Assembly: GCA_041690135.1 (NCBI GenBank)
Contig: JAWLHY010000008.1
Span: forward strand, 160,001-224,000
Direction: 5' to 3'
From: Armatimonadota bacterium
GTDB taxonomy: Bacteria > Armatimonadota > SYMT01
DNA length: 64,000 bases
In this document: positions 27,860 through 38,304 of the stretch, in pieces
Layout of the letters: every line of letters begins with the position of its first letter
Numbering within the stretch: the first letter of the stretch is position 1
Notes under the pieces: generated by a model
What the model was told of the DNA's origin: nothing
The model's database searches: none
The model's input: only the letters and a program-made list of their open reading frames with translations
Translations under genes and position numbers: made by a program

Positions 27860-29158
27860 GTGAAACGCTTCTTCCTTTCGATCACCCTCCTTGGCGGATT
27901 GATTCTCGGTCTTCACGGCGGCGCGGCGCGGGCCGACCTGGATGAGTACCTGAGCCGCAAGGAGCCGGCGTTCCGGTGGGAGAAGCGGGGAGAGGAAGCG
28001 GCCGAGGGGGTGAAGATCTACGATCTGCATCTGGTCTCGCAGGTCTGGCAGGGGATCACCTGGGAGCACCGGCTGCAAGTGTTCCAGCCGGAGAAGCTGG
28101 AGTATCCCGGCTTCTGCACGCTCTACAATACCGGCGGCAGCGGCAGCGCCTCCAACACCGCCATGGGGGTGCGCCTGGCGCGCGAGACCGGCGCTACCTA
28201 TGCCATCCTCTACAACATCCCGAAGCAGCCGCTCTTCGGAGGTAAGACCGAAGATGCTCTCGTCGTCCACACCTGGCTGAAGTACATGGAAACGGGCGAC
28301 GAATCGTGGCCCCTCCACTTTCCGATGGCCAAGGGCGTGCTGAAAGCCATGGATGTGGTCCAGGCCTTCAGCAAGGAAAGCGGCTGGAAGCCCGTGGACC
28401 GTTTCCTCGTGCACGGCGCCTCCAAGCGGGGCTGGACCACCTGGCTCGCCGGGGCCAGTAAAGACCCGCGGATCGTCGCCATCGCCCCGATGGTGATCGA
28501 CGTCCTGAACGTGGCGAAGCAGGCGAAGTACCAGCTCGAGAGCTACGGCAAGCCGAGCGAGCAGGTGGACGACTACACCAGCGCCGGTATTCTCCAGTTG
28601 CTCGAGACGCCGAAGGGGAAGAAGTTGCTCGAACTGGAAGACCCCTACAGCTACCGAGACCGCCTCACGCTGCCCAAGCTGATCATTCTGGGGACCAACG
28701 ACCGCTACTGGACGCAGGATGCCCTGAACCTGTACTGGGACGACCTGAAAGGACCGAAGTGGGTGCTCTACGCACCCAACAGCGGCCACGGCCTGGAAGA
28801 CCGGGAGCGCGTCTTTGCCACCCTGAGCGCCTTCGCCCGCACCGTAGCTGCTGGGAAGCCCTGGCCCCAGCCGAAGTGGAGCTTTGTAGAGAAGGACGGT
28901 CACGTCGAGCTCGCGTTAGAGAGCGACGTGGCGCCTCGGGAAGCCCGGCTCTTCTTTGTTCAGTCGAAAAACCGGGACTTCCGCGAATGCAAATGGACCT
29001 TCGAGCCCATGAACGGCAACGGCGGCAACAGCTTCACCGGCCGCCGTGCCCTCCCCGCCACCGGTCACGAAGCCGTTTTCGGCGAAGCCGTCTACGAAAT
29101 CGACGGCCGGAAGTTCACTCTCTCCACCCAGATCCGTATCACGGGCCTCGGGAAGTAG
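27860..29158 (+). CDS. PqaA family (PhoPQ-activated protein) secreted alpha/beta hydrolase-like protein
   Basis: GTG start with AGGAG RBS and signal peptide; SQVWQGITWEH, GASKRGWTTW, DPYSYRDRLTLPK and GTNDRYW. Confidence 0.9.
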   Translation: MKRFFLSITLLGGLILGLHGGAARADLDEYLSRKEPAFRWEKRGEEAAEGVKIYDLHLVSQVWQGITWEHRLQVFQPEKLEYPGFCTLYNTGGSGSASNTAMGVRLARETGATYAILYNIPKQPLFGGKTEDALVVHTWLKYMETGDESWPLHFPMAKGVLKAMDVVQAFSKESGWKPVDRFLVHGASKRGWTTWLAGASKDPRIVAIAPMVIDVLNVAKQAKYQLESYGKPSEQVDDYTSAGILQLLETPKGKKLLELEDPYSYRDRLTLPKLIILGTNDRYWTQDALNLYWDDLKGPKWVLYAPNSGHGLEDRERVFATLSAFARTVAAGKPWPQPKWSFVEKDGHVELALESDVAPREARLFFVQSKNRDFRECKWTFEPMNGNGGNSFTGRRALPATGHEAVFGEAVYEIDGRKFTLSTQIRITGLGK

Positions 29159-29381
29159 TGGGGTAGTGTGAGAGTAGGGATTTGGAAGTAAGCCTTGTTC
29201 TAGAGACTTCTGGCGAAGTAGCGTCGGTCATTCTTGAAAAGAGGGTACTCTTGGGCATACGAACGCATTCCCGAGATGCCCGAAGAGGATCCACGAAAGC
29301 CCTGGCGAGGAACCCGAGAAGGCCGCCGAAAGCCGAAACCAGTGGCCCGGGGATCGATTCTGCGGCTGGCCAGGAAGGATG

Positions 29382-30662
29382 TCACCAGATCCGCATAGAG
29401 GCACGGAACAGGTCCGCGAGCTGCTCTGGGCCGGCGGGGACGGGCGAGAGCTTGGTCACGCGGTGCTGCGGGAGGGTGCCCTCCACCAGCGCGGGGATAT
29501 CGGTCTCCGTATAGCCCACTGCCTCCAGGCCGTTCGGAACCCCCAGCGACTGCATGAATTCGATCACGCGCTGGGCGAGGAGCTCGCCGGCCTCCGCCGG
29601 GGAAACGCCTCGGGTGTCCGCTCCCAGGGCCGCGGCGGCCCGGAGGTGCCGTTCCGGGGAGACGGGGGCGGTGAACCGAACGACGGCGGGGGTGTGCAGG
29701 ATTACCGAGACCCCGTGCGGGATGAGCGGGTGATCGTCGGGATAGCCGGGGTGGCAGTAGTCGCGGACCATGCCGGCGACCGGGTATGACATGCCGTGCG
29801 GCAAGTGGACGCCCGCATTGCCGAAGCCAATGCCCGCCATGGCGGAAGCCAGCAGCATCTGCTCGCGCGCCTCGTCATCGGTCGGGTCGGTCACGGCCCG
29901 CAGGATGTAGGCGTTCACCAGCTCGAGCGCCCGCAGCGACCAGATGTCGCTGACCGGGTTAGAGCCCTGGTAGGCGGGGCGCTCCAGCGGGCGAGCCGGC
30001 CGGGGGCGGCCGGCATACGGGAGGGCGGTGTACGACTCCAGCGCATGACTCAACACGTCGAGCCCCGCGGAAGCGGCCACTGCCGGCGGCAGTGTCCGGG
30101 TGTTGTCCGAGTCCACAATGCCCAGGGTTGGCTTCAGATAGCGGTGGGCGATACCGGTCTTCGCGCCCTTCTCCACATAGTCGAAGATCGCCACGCCGGT
30201 CGTTTCGCTGCCGGTCCCGGCGGTGGTGGGGATGGCGATGAGCGGCTTCAGCAGTCCCGGCACGGGTAATCCGCGCCCGATGGGTGCATTGACGTAATCC
30301 AGGAAATCGGCCGGATAAGTAGAGTATAGATTTGCGGCCTTGGCCGTGTCGATGGTACTGCCGCCCCCCACCGCCACGAACGAGTCGAAGTCTCCCTCCG
30401 CGGCGGCGGAGATCGCCTCCGCGAAGCTGCGGTCCGTCGGCTCCACCGAAACCCGGTCGAATACCTCGAACCCGATTCCGGCCTCCCGCAGAGCAGCAAC
30501 GACGGTCTGCCCGGTCGGCAGGTCGCGCAGGACGGGATCGAGGACCAGGAGCGTGCGTCGCAGTCCCATGTCTCGCAGATCCATCCCCACCTCTCGGGTA
30601 ATCCCGCGGCCGAAGCGGACGTTCGCGGCGGAGATCTGGTATGCAGTGTCTTGAAGGGTCAT
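29382..30662 (-). CDS. Hydroxyacid-oxoacid transhydrogenase (iron-containing ADH family)
   Basis: VEPTDRSF, GGGSTIDTAKAANLY, YVNAPIGRG, PTTAGTGSE, RPAYQGSNP and GVHLPHGMSYP. Confidence 0.93.
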   Translation of the reverse strand: MTLQDTAYQISAANVRFGRGITREVGMDLRDMGLRRTLLVLDPVLRDLPTGQTVVAALREAGIGFEVFDRVSVEPTDRSFAEAISAAAEGDFDSFVAVGGGSTIDTAKAANLYSTYPADFLDYVNAPIGRGLPVPGLLKPLIAIPTTAGTGSETTGVAIFDYVEKGAKTGIAHRYLKPTLGIVDSDNTRTLPPAVAASAGLDVLSHALESYTALPYAGRPRPARPLERPAYQGSNPVSDIWSLRALELVNAYILRAVTDPTDDEAREQMLLASAMAGIGFGNAGVHLPHGMSYPVAGMVRDYCHPGYPDDHPLIPHGVSVILHTPAVVRFTAPVSPERHLRAAAALGADTRGVSPAEAGELLAQRVIEFMQSLGVPNGLEAVGYTETDIPALVEGTLPQHRVTKLSPVPAGPEQLADLFRASMRIW

Positions 30663-30858
30663 GGATGGCTTCTCCGGGAAGGATGAGCGGGAACGGTGCA
30701 GGCGTCCGGAACCCACTTCGCCATGGCTCCCGTGGAGCTCCTGCCCGACTTCTCCCTGGTCCCAAGCAGATGGGGAGCAGGCGCACCGGCCTTCCGCAGG
30801 GTGCGGAGTTTCCCGGCTCGCCCTTCAAGGCAATCCCTCGGATGATGGAAAGCGAGCG

Positions 30859-33800
30859 ATGAAAGTCCTGCACGGAGCGTGGCATCCGGGCCAGCGTACC
30901 TTCCAGATCTGGGCCGAAGACACGCCTCCGTCGCGGCGCGGCCGAGCGGCTTCCGGCACGGGGTTGCGCAAGCATCCCTTCGCCGTACAGGCAGATGCTT
31001 TGCGGGAGTGGACGGTCTCCGAAGAAACACCGGGCAGCCTCATCCTGCGGCTGCCCGCCATCGATGGCCGTCCGCTTCCCTCGCCGGAGCTGGTTCGCAC
31101 CCTGGGTCTCGCACCTGCCGAGGGGGAGCCGGTCCTGGCACCGTTCCAGGTGCCTGCACTTGGGCTGCCCCCGGCAGGCGCCCTGCGGTGGCTCGCCGAA
31201 CCGCCCGCGGGAGACCTCATGGCCGGCAGCGACTTGCGCTTCTGGCGGACCGCCGCCCGCTTTGCCCTGGGCCTCCTACGGCGCGAGCGGTGGCTGCCCG
31301 TGCTGGAAACGAGCGCCAGTGGGAAGGCCGCGGCCCGCTGGGTGCCCGCCCTCAACCAACCGGAAGACGCGGCCCGGTTCCGCGGCCTCTGCGAGGCGAT
31401 GCCGCCCGTTTGCCGTGCGCAGGCGTCGGAGGGGGAAGGCACCTATCCGGGTCGCCAGGCGCTCTTACGCAGTTTCCTGGCGGCGACGATGGACGCTGCC
31501 ATCCGGTCCTGGAGCGATGTGCGCCTGCCGGGGGACGCGGAAGCCGTGCAGGACTGCTGGGTGGCGGCGCTCTTGCGAGAAGCGCCCGAAGTCCGGGAAC
31601 GAGCGGAGAACCTGCGCCCGCTGGCGGCAGCCCTCCGTACCTGGCTGGAGCCGGTCCGGGGAATGGAAGCGGGCTTTCGTACCTGCTTTCGCCTCGATCC
31701 CCCTCCGCTCGAAGCAGCCGACGTGGAGCCGTGGATCCTCTCCTTCTGGCTGCAGGCGGTCGACGAGCCCAGTCTTCTCGTGCCCGCCGCGGAGGTGTGG
31801 GAGCGGGGGCGGGAGGGTCTGTCCGCGGCTGGACGCCGGTGGGAGGCTCCCCAGGAACGGATGTTGCCGGCCCTGGCGCGGGCCGGACGGCTTTTCCCGC
31901 CGATCGCCGTTGCCCTGAAACAACCCGCGCCCACGGGCTGCACCCTCACCACGTCGGAGGCCTACCAGTTCCTGCGCGAGGTGGCCCCCCTGCTGGAGGA
32001 GACGGGGAACGGCGTGCTCCTGCCGGACTGGTGGCGCAAACCGGCGGCCCGACTCGGCATCCGCGCGCGGCTTCGGTCGGCCTCCGGCTCCACCGCCGCG
32101 GGTTCTCGAAAACTGATGACGCAGGAACACCTGGTGCAGTTCGACTGGCAACTGGCGCTGGGTGACGAGCCCCTCTCACCGGAGGAGTTCGCCGAGCTCG
32201 CTTCTCTGAAGGAGCCGCTGGTGCGGATCCGCGGCCGGTGGTTGGAAATCCGTCCGGACGAGGTCGAGCGCGCCATCCGGGCGTGGGAGCGCCGCCGGAA
32301 TGCGGGCCCAGTCAGTCTGCTCGACGCACTTCACCTCCCCGAGGAAGAGGAAGGTCTGCCCGTTACCGGGGTGGAGTTCGAGGGAGAACTGGAGCATCTG
32401 TTCCGGCGACTCCAGGGCGAGGAACGCCTGGATCCCGTCCCCCTGCCGCCGGAGTTTCAAGGCCACCTCCGCCCCTATCAGCAGTACGGCCTGGAGTGGC
32501 TCACCTTTCTGCGGCATTGGGGCCTGGGTGCTTGCCTGGCGGACGACATGGGCCTGGGCAAGACGGTGCAGGTACTTGCCTACCTTCTACACCTAAGCCG
32601 GGAAGGGCGGGAGGGACCCGCCTTACTGATCTGTCCCACTTCGCTGGTCGAAAACTGGCGCCGTGAGGCCTCGCGCTTCGCCCCCACTCTCCGTGTTTAC
32701 ATCCACCACGGAGCGAACCGTGTGCGCGATGCAGAAGACGCTTCCGATGCCGGCGGTGATGTTCCCTCGGAAGGGAAAGAGGACCTGGCCGCCGATCCCG
32801 CCCAGGCGGGCGAAGGCGTGGCGGGCGAGCCCGGCTTGCGGCTCGCCGCAGCCGTGGCCGGGTACGACCTTGTCGTTACCACGTATCCGTTGGCGCTCCG
32901 GGACCAGGGGTCGCTCCGTACGGTGGCGTGGGGTACAGTGATCCTCGACGAGGCCCAGAACATCAAGAACCCCGCGGCCCGCCAGACTCGTGCGATCCGG
33001 TCGTTGTCTTCCGGTGCGCGGGTTGCCATGACCGGCACCCCCGTCGAGAACCGCCTGGGGGACCTCTGGTCACTGATGGAGTTCCTCAACCCGGGCATCC
33101 TCGGATCGGAGCGAAGCTTCCGGGGTCGCTACGCCATTCCGATCGAACGTCACCATGAACCGGAAGCGGCCGAAAAGCTGCGCCGCCTGACCGGTCCGTT
33201 CATCCTCCGCCGCGTGAAGACCGATCCGACCGTCATCCGGGATTTGCCCGAGAAGCAGGAGATGAAGGTCATCTGCACCCTCACCTCCGAGCAGGCGACT
33301 CTCTATGAAGCGGTGGTCCGGGAGATGCTGGAGGCGATCGAGGAATCGGAAGGGATCCAGCGCCGCGGGCTCGTGCTCTCCGTCCTTTCGCGGTTGAAGC
33401 AGATCTGCAACCATCCGGCACATTTTCTCCACGACGAGAGCGCCCTGGCGGGCCGCTCCGGCAAGCTGGAGCGCCTGGTAGAAATGCTGGAGGAGGTCCT
33501 TTCGGTGGGAGAGGCGGCTCTGGTGTTCACGCAGTTTGCCGAGATGGGAGAGTTGCTCCAACGGCATCTGCAGACCACGCTGGGGCGGGAAGCGCTCTTC
33601 CTGCATGGCGGCGTGCCGCGCCCCCGCCGGGACGGTATCGTGAACCGTTTCCAGGCAGAGGACGGGCCGCCGGTGATGGTCCTTTCTCTCAAGGCGGGAG
33701 GTGTCGGGCTAAATCTGACCCGGGCCAACCATGTCTTTCACTTCGACCGCTGGTGGAACCCCGCCGTGGAGAACCAGGCTACCGATCGGGCCTTCCGGAT

Positions 33801-33990
33801 CGGTCAGAAGCGCAATGTCCAGGTCCACAAGTTCCTCTGTGCCGGCACCCTGGAAGACCAGATCGACGCCATGATCGAACAGAAACAGGAACTGGCCCAG
33901 AGCATTGTCGGCACCGGCGAGAACTGGCTGACGGAGCTGAGCACTGTCCAACTCCGCGACCTCCTAACCCTCCGGAGGGCAGAAAGTTGA
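30859..33990 (+). CDS. Snf2-family helicase-like ATPase (YwqA-like, DUF3670-type N-terminus)
   Basis: LADDMGLGKT, DEAQNIKN, TGTPVENRL, LRRVK, SLKAGGVGLNLT and WWNPAVENQATDRAFRIGQ; start MKVLHGAW. Confidence 0.95.
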   Translation: MKVLHGAWHPGQRTFQIWAEDTPPSRRGRAASGTGLRKHPFAVQADALREWTVSEETPGSLILRLPAIDGRPLPSPELVRTLGLAPAEGEPVLAPFQVPALGLPPAGALRWLAEPPAGDLMAGSDLRFWRTAARFALGLLRRERWLPVLETSASGKAAARWVPALNQPEDAARFRGLCEAMPPVCRAQASEGEGTYPGRQALLRSFLAATMDAAIRSWSDVRLPGDAEAVQDCWVAALLREAPEVRERAENLRPLAAALRTWLEPVRGMEAGFRTCFRLDPPPLEAADVEPWILSFWLQAVDEPSLLVPAAEVWERGREGLSAAGRRWEAPQERMLPALARAGRLFPPIAVALKQPAPTGCTLTTSEAYQFLREVAPLLEETGNGVLLPDWWRKPAARLGIRARLRSASGSTAAGSRKLMTQEHLVQFDWQLALGDEPLSPEEFAELASLKEPLVRIRGRWLEIRPDEVERAIRAWERRRNAGPVSLLDALHLPEEEEGLPVTGVEFEGELEHLFRRLQGEERLDPVPLPPEFQGHLRPYQQYGLEWLTFLRHWGLGACLADDMGLGKTVQVLAYLLHLSREGREGPALLICPTSLVENWRREASRFAPTLRVYIHHGANRVRDAEDASDAGGDVPSEGKEDLAADPAQAGEGVAGEPGLRLAAAVAGYDLVVTTYPLALRDQGSLRTVAWGTVILDEAQNIKNPAARQTRAIRSLSSGARVAMTGTPVENRLGDLWSLMEFLNPGILGSERSFRGRYAIPIERHHEPEAAEKLRRLTGPFILRRVKTDPTVIRDLPEKQEMKVICTLTSEQATLYEAVVREMLEAIEESEGIQRRGLVLSVLSRLKQICNHPAHFLHDESALAGRSGKLERLVEMLEEVLSVGEAALVFTQFAEMGELLQRHLQTTLGREALFLHGGVPRPRRDGIVNRFQAEDGPPVMVLSLKAGGVGLNLTRANHVFHFDRWWNPAVENQATDRAFRIGQKRNVQVHKFLCAGTLEDQIDAMIEQKQELAQSIVGTGENWLTELSTVQLRDLLTLRRAES

Positions 33991-34013
33991 GTCTCCTGGC
34001 AGCACGAGAGCAG

Positions 34014-34053
34014 GGTTTGCAGGTTGGAAGGTTGGAAAGTTGGAAGGTTGGGG
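34014..34053. repeat. Octamer tandem repeat (GGTTGGAA-like) x5
   Basis: GGTTTGCA GGTTGGAA GGTTGGAA AGTTGGAA GGTTGGGG. Confidence 0.85.
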
Positions 34054-34222
34054 ACCCGGCTGGCCGTTGCGGGTGCGGTTTGGCGGCCCCATAGCCGAGT
34101 CGATCCGGCTTCTGCCACGGACCTCACGCATGACGCATTGCGGGTCACGCACCTGTTCGTAGCAGCAGTAACGTCCCCGCATTCGTCCCGGGTTCGTGCA
34201 ATACGCAACACGCAATACAACC

Positions 34223-35137
34223 ATGTGGCGCTACTACCGAGACTGGGAAACAACCGGGCCGCGGGCCGTGAAGGACGGCATCCGCGCGCAAAGCCGCGGC
34301 GGCAAGTTCGCTACTTCCTGGTGGGGGAAGCGCTGGCTGCAGGCGCTGGAAAGCTTCGGCTGGGATAACCGTCTCCAGCGCGGCCGCAGCTACGCGCGCC
34401 AGGGCCAAGTGGTGGACCTAGCCCTGGGGCCGCAGGGGGTGACCGCGGGGGTTCAGGGGAGCCGCCCCAGGCCGTATCGCGTCTCCATTCACCTGCGCCC
34501 GTTATCGCAGGCACAGTGGGAACAGGCTATTGCGGCGCTGGAGGACAGCCCGCTCTATGTCGGGCAACTGCTGGCCGGGGAGATGCCACAGGAGCTCGAG
34601 GGCGTCTTTGGAGCCGCGGGCGCCGTGTTGTTTCCGGAGATGCGCTCCGACCTGGAAATGTCCTGCTCCTGTCCGGATGCGGCGGTGCCCTGCAAACACC
34701 TGGCGGCGGTCTATTATCTTCTGGCGGAATGGCTCGACCGCGACCCCTTCATCCTCTTCGAGCTGCGGGGCAAGGACCGGGAAGCCCTGCTTGCGGACCT
34801 GCGCCAGAAGGGCGGCGAAGAGGTGGAAGCTCCTGCCGCGGAGCCGGAGGAGCCGCTGACGGTCGAGAACTTCTGGGGCAGCGAAGACTACGCCCTCGAT
34901 CCGGCGAGTGATGCCCCTCCCGCTCTCCCGCAGGCCGTTCTCCGCGCCCTCGGTGACCCGCCGGGATGGGATGGCCAGCCCCTGGCCTCCCGTTTGCGAC
35001 CGGTCTACACGCAGGTCAGCGCCCAGGCAGGCGCCCTCCTGGACGGCCCGCCCGAACTGCCCGATGAGGAGTTGAACCACGAAGATTTACGCCCCACAGG
35101 GGTGCACAAAGGACCCGAAGTCGGAAGGTCGGGGTGA
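34223..35137 (+). CDS. SWIM zinc finger protein (Snf2 partner, YwqB-like)
   Basis: WWGKRW, RLQRGRSYARQG, VQGSRPRPY, CSCPDAAVPCKH and DPFILFELRG. Confidence 0.93.
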   Translation: MWRYYRDWETTGPRAVKDGIRAQSRGGKFATSWWGKRWLQALESFGWDNRLQRGRSYARQGQVVDLALGPQGVTAGVQGSRPRPYRVSIHLRPLSQAQWEQAIAALEDSPLYVGQLLAGEMPQELEGVFGAAGAVLFPEMRSDLEMSCSCPDAAVPCKHLAAVYYLLAEWLDRDPFILFELRGKDREALLADLRQKGGEEVEAPAAEPEEPLTVENFWGSEDYALDPASDAPPALPQAVLRALGDPPGWDGQPLASRLRPVYTQVSAQAGALLDGPPELPDEELNHEDLRPTGVHKGPEVGRSG

Positions 35138-35483
35138 CCTGGGTTGAACTCATCCCCAAGTTCGGACTATGAGGACAGGTTGCAAAGGCGAGATGGAAGT
35201 CACTGAGCAGATCCGGAGGCACGGACGGAGGCGCCTCCCCGGTGACCGCCGCGGAATGGAATTCTCCAACACCCCCTTCGTGGGCACCTGATACGCGCGG
35301 CTATCCAAGCCCTACCATAACGCTTTCCGGGTGCGGAGCCGAGGTTGTGTGCAGGAGTCGCCGCCGTACTGCAGTCCGGGTACAGGCCCATGATCCTGGT
35401 CGGCGACAGCGGCCGACCCTACCGGTGTGCATTCCGAGTGCGTGGCTCTCACCAGGTGGCGGGCGAGACGCACGCCCCACGGT

Positions 35484-35511
35484 GCCCCACCGGAGTGTAC
35501 TCCGGTGGGGC
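35484..35511. repeat. Perfect hairpin next to a REP-like motif, downstream of the transglutaminase gene
   Basis: GCCCCACCGGAG-tgta-CTCCGGTGGGGC; adjacent GCGGGCGAGACGCACGC resembles a REP palindrome. Confidence 0.65.
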
Positions 35512-35526
35512 GTGGATCTTGGTGGT

Positions 35527-36132
35527 TTACTCCGACACCAAGATGCACGGCAAGTCCGCCAGCAGGGTGTCCATCCGTTGATGCAGGCGCAGGGCTTCGA
35601 CCACGCATGGGAGGGGTTGGGCGTAGATGCGGTTGTCGATGAACTCGAGCTCGGGATAGGCGAGAGCGTCTTCCGGAGGAGTGAACTGGACATTGAGGCT
35701 GGGAGTGTTCCCGCGTGGGTCCAGCCGTAGCCAGTGGTTCCGGCCCGGCAAGAGGACTCCTACCAGCCCGTGGAGGGTCCGATGGCCGGGAAGGGTGTGG
35801 GGTGGGTCTACGAACCCCTGGTAGCAAAAACCGGCTGGGAGACCCGCGGCCCGGAGCAGGGCGGCGAGCAGGTGCGCTTTGGCGTAGCAAAGTCCGGTGC
35901 CCAGCGCCAGCACCTCGCTCGCGGTGCAGGTCACTTCCTCTCTTCCCGCGTCCACCGAGTGGGAGATACGATCGCGCACCCATTCGAAGAGCAGACGGAT
36001 CCGCTCCAGGTCGCACTCTTCCGGTCGCACCAACTCTCGCGCCAATTTCCGGACGGAGTGATGATCCCAATCCACCACGTCACCGGCCGCCAGGTAGGCG
36101 CACACGTCGGGATCGGTTGCAGGCGTAGTCAT
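35527..36132 (-). CDS. Transglutaminase-like protein
   Basis: YLAAGDVVDW, FEWVRDRISHS, GLCYAKAHLLAALLRA, HGL and WLRLDPRGN. Confidence 0.9.
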   Translation of the reverse strand: MTTPATDPDVCAYLAAGDVVDWDHHSVRKLARELVRPEECDLERIRLLFEWVRDRISHSVDAGREEVTCTASEVLALGTGLCYAKAHLLAALLRAAGLPAGFCYQGFVDPPHTLPGHRTLHGLVGVLLPGRNHWLRLDPRGNTPSLNVQFTPPEDALAYPELEFIDNRIYAQPLPCVVEALRLHQRMDTLLADLPCILVSE

Positions 36133-36263
36133 CTCATTGGCTCCACGGGCGGCTACTGAAGCGTATCGTCCTGCAGCAAGCATCGCAGCATAGCGGCAGG
36201 AAACGCGCGTCGGAGTTGGGAACAAGGGGGCAGTTTTCACACGTCGTCCGCACGAGGGTTGCC

Positions 36264-37040
36264 ATGCTGCCGATTGCTGAACCAGGTCCACTTACGGACC
36301 GGGAGCGGTTCCTATTCGACGTTGCCGGGTTCCTGGTCATTCCGGACGCGCTAACAACCGCGGAAGTCGAAGCCTTGCTCCTGGCGGCGAAGCGGGCTCA
36401 CGCGCCGCATCCTCCGGACCAATGGCGGCAACTGGGCGCGGTTTACGAGTACGAGCCGGCGGTGGAGCCGTTGATCGATCACCCTTCCGTGTTCGCCAAG
36501 GTCCGCGCGTTGATGGGGGACTACTTCATCCTCCAGAGCAGTTGGTGCACGATGTCGCCTCCCGGTTTCCCGGGCGGCGGCTTCCACCAAGACGGCTCCG
36601 GCGTGTATGAGTTCCGGCGGCTGGCAATTCCCACCCCTCTGGTCCAATTGCGGATCGGGTTCTTTCTCACGGACCAGTCCGAGCCGGACATGGGGAACAT
36701 GGTGATGATCCCGGGCAGCCACAACGCCGCGGTCAGCCTGCCACGGGGTACGCTGCCGGAGGAAATCCCCATCGCCCAGGTGATCTGCGGCAAGCCGGGC
36801 ACCGCGTTAATGTTCCACCAGGGGGTGTGGCACTGCGGGACGAAGAACGAACGGGATTACCCCCGCTTCATCCAGCATATAGTCTACGCGCCCCCCTGGC
36901 TGGTGCCTTCCGACCGCCGGGGGAACGATCCCGCCTTCCTGGAGCGGACCACCCCCCTCCGCCGCGCCCTGTTGGGAGAGTGGCAGCGGCCCGAGGAACC
37001 ATTTGGGGTCGGCTACCCACGTCCTCCCTTTGACGATTGA
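36264..37040 (+). CDS. Phytanoyl-CoA dioxygenase family (2OG-Fe(II)) protein
   Basis: FDVAGFLVIPDAL, FHQD, MIPGSH and GTALMFHQGVWHCG..N...R. Confidence 0.88.
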   Translation: MLPIAEPGPLTDRERFLFDVAGFLVIPDALTTAEVEALLLAAKRAHAPHPPDQWRQLGAVYEYEPAVEPLIDHPSVFAKVRALMGDYFILQSSWCTMSPPGFPGGGFHQDGSGVYEFRRLAIPTPLVQLRIGFFLTDQSEPDMGNMVMIPGSHNAAVSLPRGTLPEEIPIAQVICGKPGTALMFHQGVWHCGTKNERDYPRFIQHIVYAPPWLVPSDRRGNDPAFLERTTPLRRALLGEWQRPEEPFGVGYPRPPFDD

Positions 37041-37144
37041 TCCTCACCCCCCGAAAGGCGCGACTCTGGCCATTAGCAACGAACGCCACTGGGCGGAATG
37101 GGACGGTCCGTACGTGGGTACCATCTCCGCAAGGAGTGACGATC

Positions 37145-37831
37145 ATGCAGAGAGGCCTATCGGAGCGGCCGGAGTTGGAACCGGACAGTGATCCCCGAGA
37201 GCTGGATGATCGGACGCAAGAGGAGCAGCGACCGGTGCAGGTGGCTCCGGAGGGAGTGGGACCCCTGTTGCAGCGCGATTATGTGCTGACGCTGGAAGGC
37301 AGTCCCTGCACGCCCGAGCAGGTCATCGAGCACATCCGCAGCGACTTCCCGCGTTTCTCTCCCGACGTTTTGTCGAAGTTCACCCGGACGGTGGGGGAGG
37401 GGCGGCCGCTGGAAGTCGGCGACACGCTGCACGTGCGGATCACGGGTGGTGGCCATGCCGGCGTTATCGTCAGCCACATGGATGCGCGGAGCCTGACCGT
37501 TCGCACTCAGGAAGGCCATATGGAGGCGGGGCGGAACACCTTCGGGGCTTACTACGACGCCCTGGGGCGGCTCGTGCTCCGCATCCGCAGCCGGTCTCGC
37601 ATCCGCGACCTGCCCCGTTCGGTCGGCTACTGGCTGTTCGGCAAGAACGCCCAGGCGGAGGTCTGGTGCACCTACCTGCGCCGCCTCGCGGAGACGTGCG
37701 GCGGCCATCCCGTGGGGGACGTGGCAGTCACCACCGTGGAGGTGGAAGACACCCCCGCGGATGAGGGCGCGCTGGAATTACCCACCTTCTGCCCGTGGCC
37801 CGCGTCCGGGGATCCCTCTGTGGCGGCCTGA
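37145..37831 (+). CDS. DUF1990-like protein
   Basis: AAGGAG RBS; GVGPLLQRDY, TQEGHMEAG and IRSRSR. Confidence 0.65.
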   Translation: MQRGLSERPELEPDSDPRELDDRTQEEQRPVQVAPEGVGPLLQRDYVLTLEGSPCTPEQVIEHIRSDFPRFSPDVLSKFTRTVGEGRPLEVGDTLHVRITGGGHAGVIVSHMDARSLTVRTQEGHMEAGRNTFGAYYDALGRLVLRIRSRSRIRDLPRSVGYWLFGKNAQAEVWCTYLRRLAETCGGHPVGDVAVTTVEVEDTPADEGALELPTFCPWPASGDPSVAA

Positions 37832-37899
37832 AAAATAGGTGCCCCTCGGGGGCGGCAGCGTTCGGACAGATCGCTAACTCGAAGGGCCACCCGCTAACG

Positions 37900-38259
37900 T
37901 CAGGTAACGGCGGGCCAGGCAAGCAGCCACAGAGCCAGGAAGAGCGCTTCCGCCAGGGCATCCAGCAGGTAAATCCGCGGTATTCTGCGCTGGGACACGA
38001 AGATCACGTCGATTATGCAAAAGCCCACCGCGGCGCCCACGGCCAGCAGGGCGATCTCCAGGTAAACGGCACCGCGGGTGCCGGCCAGCAGCAAGACGGC
38101 GCCGATGACGCCGGCCAGTACTCCGACGGTCTTCACCAGCCAGTGGTCGCGCTTGGGACCCGTAACCGCTTCGAAGGTCCGCATACTCACCAACGGCCAG
38201 ATGCCCGTAATCAGGTAGTAGGCACCTCCGACGATCAGCAGGTAGGTAGCCACGACCAA
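37900..38259 (-). CDS. Conserved hypothetical small membrane protein
   Basis: YYLITGIWPLVSMRTFEAVTGPKRDHWLVKTVG...RIYLLDA; 4 TMs. Confidence 0.75.
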   Translation of the reverse strand: MVVATYLLIVGGAYYLITGIWPLVSMRTFEAVTGPKRDHWLVKTVGVLAGVIGAVLLLAGTRGAVYLEIALLAVGAAVGFCIIDVIFVSQRRIPRIYLLDALAEALFLALWLLAWPAVT

Positions 38260-38304
38260 TGATGCCCTAACTTGCTGCCCTGGATATCCGCGCTCGACTG
38301 ATGA

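Noticed and set aside
30859-35137. Snf2-SWIM as an anti-phage defence system such as DISARM or Zorya
   Set aside because: No methylase, DUF1998, PLD or other defence genes nearby; it matches the common YwqAB-like pair.
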